Source of the DNA: an uncultured Corynebacterium sp.
Lineage (GTDB): Bacteria; Actinomycetota; Actinomycetes; Mycobacteriales; Mycobacteriaceae
Direction of reading: 5' to 3'
Length of the DNA stretch: 64,000 bases
Assembly: GCA_943913645.1 (NCBI GenBank)
Contig: CALTYZ010000003.1
Coordinates: 37,825-101,824 of the forward strand
The position numbers and the translations under genes are program-made. The notes below the pieces were generated by a model. The model was not told where the DNA came from and ran no database searches. It saw only the letters and a list, made by a program, of their open reading frames with translations. The stretch's first letter is position 1, and every line of letters starts with the position of its first letter. Of this stretch, positions 58,093-64,000 are shown in pieces.

Positions 58093-58545
58093 ATGCATTT
58101 TTCACCCAAATTCCTGCGCCGCTTCATGTTCCTGTGGCCACCGTTTCTCGGCGCCGGCATCCACGTCGCCGAATTCGCCGACGACGGCTCCCGCATCGTG
58201 GTCACCCACCGACCCCGATTGCTCACCCAAAACGCGTTGGGCACAGCGTTCGGCGGCACCATCATGGCGATGACGGACCCGTTTTACATGCTCGCCTCCA
58301 TGGCCCGGCTCGGCAAGGGGTACATGATTTGGGACGCCGGCGCGGAAGTCAAGTTTGTCAAACCAGGCCGCGGTCGCATCACTGCAGTCATCGAAATTGA
58401 CAACGCCACCTATGACCTCATCCAAGCCAAGACAGCCGACGGGTCAAAATACTTCCATTGGTTTGCAACCGAGGTCACCGACGAACACGGCGATGTCGTC
58501 GCCCACGTCCGGCGGCGGGTGTACTACCGGCGCCGGCAGGCTTAG
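58093..58545 (+). CDS. hotdog-fold protein (DUF4442 / PaaI-like thioesterase family)
   Basis: 150 aa; pattern ...VTHRPRLLTQNALGTAFGGTIMAMTDPFYMLASMA... typical of DUF4442 hotdog proteins; starts 8 nt after the ligase stop. Confidence 0.45.
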   Translation: MHFSPKFLRRFMFLWPPFLGAGIHVAEFADDGSRIVVTHRPRLLTQNALGTAFGGTIMAMTDPFYMLASMARLGKGYMIWDAGAEVKFVKPGRGRITAVIEIDNATYDLIQAKTADGSKYFHWFATEVTDEHGDVVAHVRRRVYYRRRQA

Positions 58546-59162
58546 TACCCGCGCCGGATCCACTCCTCGAGGTGCGGTGCTTCCGCCCCGATCGTGGTGT
58601 GGTCACCGTGACCGGTGTACACCGTGGTTTCCGCCGGCAAATCCAGCACTGACTTCTGCAGGGAGTCAATGATGGTGTTGAAGGAAGAAAAGGAGCGCCC
58701 CGTTGCACCCGGCCCACCCTGGAAGAGCGTGTCACCAGAAAAGAGGACGTCGCCTTCCTGCGCGTAGAGCACCACGGAGCCCGGCGAGTGACCCGGAGTG
58801 GAGAAGACCTTCAGGTCAGTGCCGGCGATCTGGAAAGTCTTACCATCTTCGAGCGGAAGGTAGTAGCAGTTCGGGTTCTCACGCTGCCAGAGGAAACCGT
58901 CGGTGGGGTGCAAATACACCGGGGCGTTGACAAGCTTTGAAAGCTCTGGTGCTGCATCGATGTGGTCGGAGTGCCCGTGGGTGGCAATGATGCCTTTGAC
59001 GCGCCGGGAACCGACCGCATCCGCGATGGCCTTCGCGTCGTGGGCGGCGTCGATGATGTAGACCTCCGAATCGTCGCCGACAATCCAGACGTTGTTGTCC
59101 ACCTCCCACTGCCCGCCGTCAAGTTTGAACAAGCCCGAGGTAACTACATTGTCAATACGCAC
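58542..59162 (-). CDS. MBL-fold metallo-hydrolase (glyoxalase II-like)
   Basis: HxHxDH motif IATHGHSDHIDAAP; 206 aa; adjacent downstream of mscR as for Rv2260 next to Rv2259. Confidence 0.7.
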   Translation of the reverse strand: MRIDNVVTSGLFKLDGGQWEVDNNVWIVGDDSEVYIIDAAHDAKAIADAVGSRRVKGIIATHGHSDHIDAAPELSKLVNAPVYLHPTDGFLWQRENPNCYYLPLEDGKTFQIAGTDLKVFSTPGHSPGSVVLYAQEGDVLFSGDTLFQGGPGATGRSFSSFNTIIDSLQKSVLDLPAETTVYTGHGDHTTIGAEAPHLEEWIRRGY

Positions 59163-60260
59163 TTAGAACTCCACCACGCTTCGTAGGACGTCGCCACGCT
59201 TCATCTTCGCAAATGCGGCTTCCACATCACCAATCCCGATTCGTTCAGAGACGAACTCCCCCAGCGGAACGCGCCCCTGCAGGTGCAGATCCACGTAGGT
59301 TGGGAAGTCGCGTTCCGGCAGACAATCGCCGTACCACGCCGGCTTAATGGAACCACCGCGGGCGTACATGTCGATGGCGGGGATATCGACGTGGTCAGTC
59401 TGGTTGGGCACACCGACCATGACCATCCGCCCAGCAAGGTCGCGGGAATAGAAAGCAAGACGCCAAGTTGGCTGGATCCCCACCGCGTCAATAGTCACAT
59501 CAGCACCGAAGCCGCCGGTTAACTCGCGGACCTTATCAATTACCTCATCTTCGCTCATGTCTTTTGAGCAGATGGAAGCCGTCGCACCGAAGGTCTTCGT
59601 CGCTGCGTCGCACTTGCGCTCATCCACATCCACTGCAATCACCGTCGTCGCCCCTGCCAGCACAGCACCGGCAATCGCTGCGAGACCGACCCCGCCCAAA
59701 CCGAACACGGCAACGGAATCACCGCGCTGGACCTCTCCAGTGTTCACTGCCGCGCCAAGACCAGCCATAATGCCGCAGCCCAGCAGGCCAGCAGCCGCCG
59801 AGTCTTCCTCCGGGTTGACCTTGGTGCACTGAAGTTCATGAACGAGGGTTTCCTCAGCAAAGGAGCCGATGCCAAGCGCAGGGGTAAGTGCGGTGCCATC
59901 TTCAAGCGTCATGGCCTCGGAGGCGTTGTGCGTATTGAAGCAGTTCTTCGCATCGCCCTTGCGGCACGCGCGACACTCACCGCACACAGCGCGCCAGTTC
60001 AACACGACGAAATCACCAACCTCAACATGGGAGACCTCAGAGCCGACCTGGTCTACTACCCCCGCGGTCTCATGACCAAGCAGGAACGGAAACTCGTCTG
60101 CGATATCACCGTCGCGGTATGCAAGATCCGTGTGGCAGACACCAGTGGCCTGCACCTTGACAACTACATCGTGAGGACCGGGTGCGGGGATGACGATGTT
60201 GACAACCTCAACATCAGCCCCCTTCGACCGGGCAATGACACCTTTCACCGTTTTGCTCAT
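59163..60260 (-). CDS. mscR: mycothiol-dependent formaldehyde dehydrogenase / S-nitrosomycothiol reductase (class III Zn-ADH)
   Basis: Start trimmed to ATG 60258-60260 ([19 protein letters not shown]...). Zn-ADH signatures are [15 protein letters not shown] and the structural Zn Cys cluster [18 protein letters not shown] motif is [10 protein letters not shown]. Confidence 0.8.
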   Translation of the reverse strand: MSKTVKGVIARSKGADVEVVNIVIPAPGPHDVVVKVQATGVCHTDLAYRDGDIADEFPFLLGHETAGVVDQVGSEVSHVEVGDFVVLNWRAVCGECRACRKGDAKNCFNTHNASEAMTLEDGTALTPALGIGSFAEETLVHELQCTKVNPEEDSAAAGLLGCGIMAGLGAAVNTGEVQRGDSVAVFGLGGVGLAAIAGAVLAGATTVIAVDVDERKCDAATKTFGATASICSKDMSEDEVIDKVRELTGGFGADVTIDAVGIQPTWRLAFYSRDLAGRMVMVGVPNQTDHVDIPAIDMYARGGSIKPAWYGDCLPERDFPTYVDLHLQGRVPLGEFVSERIGIGDVEAAFAKMKRGDVLRSVVEF

Positions 60261-60358
60261 GCCCTCCAACCTAGAAGCGCGCGATGATGTTTGCCACATG
60301 CTCGTGGTGACGGTGGTTCACGTGGCGTGCTATGCCTTGAACCTTCAACATGCACTTC

Positions 60359-60380
60359 AGGGTTGTCCGCGCGGCGGACA
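60359..60380. repeat. 22-bp motif AGGGTTGTCCGCGCGGCGGACA, copy 2
   Basis: Identical to 47407-47428; in divergent promoter region between mscR and the HNH endonuclease gene. Confidence 0.5.
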
Positions 60381-60516
60381 AAGTTCGCACGCAGGTTTGA
60401 ACAATAGAAACTATACATCCACTGAAGTCTGCAAACTTTCCGAAAATCGCCCTTGCGTTCGAAATTACATTCGTTTATTGTGCATATAAACCGTTCGTTC
60501 ACACACAAGGCCCACC

Positions 60517-61842
60517 ATGACCATCGCACTCGCAACCCCGCCCAACTCTGACGCGCACGCGATCGCCGAGAGCATTCGACATCTGCACCGCATGTCAAAC
60601 ACTACCCGTGCCCAACTTCTAGGAGCTATCGCACGCTTCGATGACTTAGGTCTCGCAGCCAACTTCGGCGCCACCAGCACCGCCAGCTGGCTCGCACGCG
60701 ACCTGCACCTAAGCCACAGCACGGCATACGAGTACACCAACGTCGCCCGTGCGCTACAACGTTTTCCGGAGTTAAACACCGCGTTCACCAAGGGCGAGCT
60801 TGACTACACGACCGTTCGCTACCTCACGAGATACCTCACCGAAGAGAACGAATCCGAACTAGTAGACCTCGCAATTAACGTCTGTTTCGCCGAACTTCAG
60901 CGAGCCCTTGCAGGCCTAGATACCGATACCGACAAAGATCCCGATGAGCCGTTTTTCACCGTTTACCGCCGCGCTGATGGCATGGTGGTCGGCGAATTCT
61001 GCCTCCCTGCCGTCATCGGTGAACAACTGCACGCCGCACTCAAACTGGCACACCAGGCCAACTATGACCTTGATGAACATCCAGATGAAGCCGATGGCGC
61101 AGACGACACATGCACGGTTGGCACCAAGCCAGCACACCCGCTGGGCGCCCACCCAGATATTGCAGAAGTCTGCCCCGGCACACAAACCCACCCAGCACGA
61201 CCCACCACCAAATTGAGCATGAAACGGGTACTCAATCCCCCATCCCGTTATGGCCCGCCTCTCAAGGACGACATGTATGCAGCTTTTATCAGCATGATCA
61301 CCATGGTGCGCACGAACCCCACACGGCCTGTCCGTAGCCCCGGCGCTGACATCACCATCATGCTCACCGAAGATGGTAAAGCGTGGATGCCCACGAACCC
61401 GCAAGCACCCTCGCGGGTCCTACAAAACTATGTCGCCAATGCGACTGTGCGTGCCCATCTACTCGACGGCCAGGGGCTTACCCTTCACGTCGGGCGCTCT
61501 CAACGCTTTGCTACGGACGGGCAAATACGTGCACTACTAGCAGTGTGGGGCCACCAGTGCGCCATGCCTGGCTGCGCACATAGCCGGTTTATCGAAATCC
61601 ACCACATGCATGACTGGGCCGATGGCGGCACCACCGACCTGGACAACCTCATACCACTCTGTTCCAGCTGTCACTCCAAGGTGAGCCACGGCCTCGCGCA
61701 CATCGAGCGCCACGGACCTAACATCGAGTTCATCTTCCTCGACGGATCTCGCTACATTTCGCGCAACCGCGGGCTACCCACCGTTGCTAGCCCAGCACCG
61801 GTGGTGGTTAACCAAGGCCCAAACCTCAGCTTTGATGACTGA
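60517..61842 (+). CDS. DUF222-HNH endonuclease family protein (13E12-repeat-type)
   Basis: 441 aa. N-terminal DUF222-like helical region. C-terminal HNH motif is WGHQCAMPGCAHSRFIEIHHMHDWADGGTTDLDNLIPLCSSCHSKV. Confidence 0.7.
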   Translation: MTIALATPPNSDAHAIAESIRHLHRMSNTTRAQLLGAIARFDDLGLAANFGATSTASWLARDLHLSHSTAYEYTNVARALQRFPELNTAFTKGELDYTTVRYLTRYLTEENESELVDLAINVCFAELQRALAGLDTDTDKDPDEPFFTVYRRADGMVVGEFCLPAVIGEQLHAALKLAHQANYDLDEHPDEADGADDTCTVGTKPAHPLGAHPDIAEVCPGTQTHPARPTTKLSMKRVLNPPSRYGPPLKDDMYAAFISMITMVRTNPTRPVRSPGADITIMLTEDGKAWMPTNPQAPSRVLQNYVANATVRAHLLDGQGLTLHVGRSQRFATDGQIRALLAVWGHQCAMPGCAHSRFIEIHHMHDWADGGTTDLDNLIPLCSSCHSKVSHGLAHIERHGPNIEFIFLDGSRYISRNRGLPTVASPAPVVVNQGPNLSFDD

Positions 61843-61859
61843 TACTAAATAATTTGCGG

Positions 61860-61932
61860 AGCCACCTGCGAGAATCGAACTCGCGACCTTCTCATTACGA
61901 GTGAGATGCTCTACCGACTGAGCTAAGGTGGC
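61860..61932 (-). tRNA. tRNA-Thr (anticodon CGT)
   Basis: Minus-strand 73-nt cloverleaf GCCACCT-TA-GCTC-AGTCGGTA-GAGC-A-TCTCA-CTCGTAA-TGAGA-AGGTC-GCGAG-TTCGATT-CTCGC-AGGTGGC-T. Anticodon loop CTCGTAA gives CGT. CCA is not encoded. Confidence 0.85.
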
Positions 61933-62003
61933 CGGCCGCGCAAACAGGCGCGATCCGGTTACACAGCTTAACTCACCTGCCGGTTAGTAAAGAAACGCCC
62001 AGC

Positions 62004-63227
62004 TTAAGTAACGTCGCACGCCTTGCGCAGGTGGCCGATCATCCCGTTGAACGCCACCGCCGGGGCGACCTGTTGGTGAAGGCGTTCACGGCACTGAGCA
62101 ATGGCATCCTGACAGGCGACAAGGCCGGTTTGGTTGACACGGTCAGCGATCTCTTGGGCAAGTCCTGCAAAATCCGGGTGGGTCAGCGGCACCTGCGCCC
62201 CGGACTGCACCACCAACGCATCGCGATACACCCCGGCTAAATCAACGAGGACCAGATCGAACACGTCACGCTTGCGTCGAGTACCGCGGGCTTTTTGCTG
62301 CGCCTCCAGCGCTTTGACCGCCGCGGACACCCCGGCGGTAGCTTTCGCGGCACCTTTGCCTTTCGCGCCGACACCAAAGGAGCGTTCGAGTTTCGCGCGC
62401 TCCTCGGCATCCGCATCGGCGTAGTCAGCCACCGATTCTTTCTCAATCCGTTTCACCAGCGCACCAGCGGCCTGAAACGCCTGCGCACCAAAAAACACCT
62501 GTTCGGCCAGGTGGATAGCACTAGCGCGACGAATCTGAATCGCCTCATTGCGCACCAACAGACGCGCTCGCCCCATGTGGCGCAGGGACGTCACCGCAGC
62601 CAGGCGCGCATGATCCTCGGTGGCGTGCTCCTCAGCCATCAGCACGCGCACCACCTCCTCCTCAGACGGGGCGGGGATATACAGGTGGCGGCAACGCGAC
62701 CGCAAGGTTTGAGAAATGTCGCGCGGGTCTGTTGAAGGTGCGCACAACACAATCACGGTGCCTTCTGGAGGTTCCTCCACGGTCTTCAACAACGCATCGG
62801 CAGCCTCTTCGGTGAGGCGATCGGCGTTTTCGATGATGATGATGCGGTGTGAGGCGATCGTCGATAAGCGAGCTGCTTTTGCCACAATCTCAGCACGCAC
62901 AAGATTGGCAGAAATCGTGAGCTCCTGGGGCACCACATGCACCACATCAGTATGGTGCCCAGCAAGCGCGTCCAGGCACCCCTTGCACCGCCCGCAGCCG
63001 ATGACCTCAGTGTCCTCGCATACCAGCGCCGCCGCGAAAGCAAGCGCCGCGTTGGAACGGCCTGAGCCCGGCGGGCCAGTGAACAGCCACGAATGTGCGC
63101 AGGCGCGCGGATCAGTACCAGGCACGCCACGCGCGGCGGCAGCAGCTGCCAAAATGGTGTCGCGCACCTTCGGGGTATCGGCGAGGCGTTCGCTCACGCT
63201 CCGCGGGCTGGCACTGTGAGTGATCAC
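62004..63227 (-). CDS. holB: DNA polymerase III subunit delta'
   Basis: 407 aa. Walker A FTGPPGSGRSNAA. Zinc module is CGRCKGC. Clamp-loader SRC-like motif is TLRSRCRH. Neighbourhood (tRNA-Thr, divergent membrane cyclase) matches Rv3644c. GTG start. Confidence 0.75.
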   Translation of the reverse strand: MITHSASPRSVSERLADTPKVRDTILAAAAAARGVPGTDPRACAHSWLFTGPPGSGRSNAALAFAAALVCEDTEVIGCGRCKGCLDALAGHHTDVVHVVPQELTISANLVRAEIVAKAARLSTIASHRIIIIENADRLTEEAADALLKTVEEPPEGTVIVLCAPSTDPRDISQTLRSRCRHLYIPAPSEEEVVRVLMAEEHATEDHARLAAVTSLRHMGRARLLVRNEAIQIRRASAIHLAEQVFFGAQAFQAAGALVKRIEKESVADYADADAEERAKLERSFGVGAKGKGAAKATAGVSAAVKALEAQQKARGTRRKRDVFDLVLVDLAGVYRDALVVQSGAQVPLTHPDFAGLAQEIADRVNQTGLVACQDAIAQCRERLHQQVAPAVAFNGMIGHLRKACDVT

Positions 63228-63264
63228 GCTGTCCCAGCATAATCGGACGCTAAGGTATTACAGC

Positions 63265-64000
63265 ATGGAACGACTCCGGCAAGGGTTGAAGTGGCTGCGG
63301 GGCACATCGTGGCCTCTCTACGCCGCAACCGTGCTGGGCACAAACGTGGTGGGCGCGCTCGCGATCATGCTCTTCGTCCGCTATTTCATTCCCGTCCCTG
63401 ATGTGGACCAGCTCACGCTGCAACATATGGGTTTGGGCATTGTGGGGTTAGGCTACGCCGGTTTTGCCGTGCTTGTGGGGGTGGTGGCCACCCTTTTACT
63501 GTTCCGGCCGGTGCTGGAGTGGCAGCTGGAACCAGATGGGCACGACCCGAACATGGTGCGCAACCTGGTGCTTCGCCTGCCGGTGTTGCAGACCCTCATT
63601 GTGGTGGCGGTGTGGTTGATCGGCATCGCGATTATTACTATCGCCGCGCTGCAGATCAGTTGGCAGCTCGCCACCGTAATTTGCGTGGCCACGTTGCTGG
63701 CCTGTTTCGTTGTCGCGGTCTTGACCTACCTGCAGGCTGAGCGGCTGGTGCGACCGATTGCCGCGTCCGCGCTGGCACGCCGGTTTGAAGATTCCACCCT
63801 GGAGCCGCCGATCAAACTGCGGTTGTACATGACGTGGCTGACCACCTCGGGTGTGCCGCTGCTCGGGGTGCTGTTGCTGTTCATCGCACAAGCGCTCGGG
63901 TTTTTCACCCAGACCGCGGGTGAGCTCATCCCGGCGGTGATCGCACTGACCGCCACGGCACTGGTCACCGGCACGATAGGCACCGCCTTTGCCATCATGA
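63265..64000 (+). CDS. polytopic membrane protein, probable N-terminal 6TM domain of a membrane-anchored adenylate/guanylate cyclase (partial, continues beyond window)
   Basis: ATG at 63265. Open frame to window end with 6 hydrophobic helices (PLYAATVLGTNVVGALAIMLFV, GLGIVGLGYAGFAVLVGVVATLLLF, etc). Divergent from holB, as Rv3645 is. Catalytic domain not in window, so the call is by synteny and topology. Confidence 0.4.
   Translation, partial: MERLRQGLKWLRGTSWPLYAATVLGTNVVGALAIMLFVRYFIPVPDVDQLTLQHMGLGIVGLGYAGFAVLVGVVATLLLFRPVLEWQLEPDGHDPNMVRNLVLRLPVLQTLIVVAVWLIGIAIITIAALQISWQLATVICVATLLACFVVAVLTYLQAERLVRPIAASALARRFEDSTLEPPIKLRLYMTWLTTSGVPLLGVLLLFIAQALGFFTQTAGELIPAVIALTATALVTGTIGTAFAIM

Overview
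This is a high-GC (~62-65%) chromosomal segment from a mycolic-acid-containing actinobacterium, most likely a Corynebacterium; gene content and order match the M. tuberculosis Rv0486-Rv0512 and Rv3644c-Rv3645 neighbourhoods. It is a dense core-genome region with no CRISPR array, IS element or integrase. The minus strand carries the heme cluster hemA-hemC-cobA/hemD-hemB-(two membrane genes)-(degenerate P-type ATPase-like gene)-hemE-hemY, preceded by a glutaredoxin-like gene. Next come a HAD-IB hydrolase, a tiny bS22 ribosomal protein gene missed by the ORF track, a BldC-like regulator, proC, a Pro-rich membrane protein, ppx, senX3-regX3, gpmA, mshA and a ParA/MinD-like ATPase with a long disordered N-terminus. 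Further along are two tandem FadD acyl-CoA synthetases with an ABC ATPase and permeases, murB, a DoxX/DUF445 membrane operon, sdhCAB, lpd and two tandem mycolyltransferases. The right half holds a lower-GC patch with a standalone HsdR_N-type PD-(D/E)xK nuclease-like gene, a putative polysaccharide flippase, an AlbA_2/Schlafen-like ATPase preceded by an iteron-like motif cluster, and rmlB-rmlCD-rmlA with two GT2 glycosyltransferases, a DUF2304 partner and a secreted SGNH hydrolase. It ends with an acyl-CoA ligase plus hotdog thioesterase, an MBL hydrolase with mscR, a DUF222-HNH endonuclease beside tRNA-Thr(CGT), holB, and the start of a membrane adenylate-cyclase-like gene. The points most worth follow-up are listed here. 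(a) An intact 869-aa P1B-ATPase homologue inside the heme operon has all catalytic motifs degenerate. (b) A 22-bp identical palindromic motif sits in two unrelated divergent promoters. (c) The HsdR_N nuclease and AlbA_2 ATPase are inserted next to cell-wall genes with distinct composition and a repeat cluster. (d) Several conserved small genes are not in the ORF track. Many track ORFs are antisense artefacts typical of high-GC DNA. Starts were trimmed where an internal start fits family N-termini. My reading of the text near 48.7-49.2 kb disagreed with the track by one base, so motif coordinates there are +/-1.
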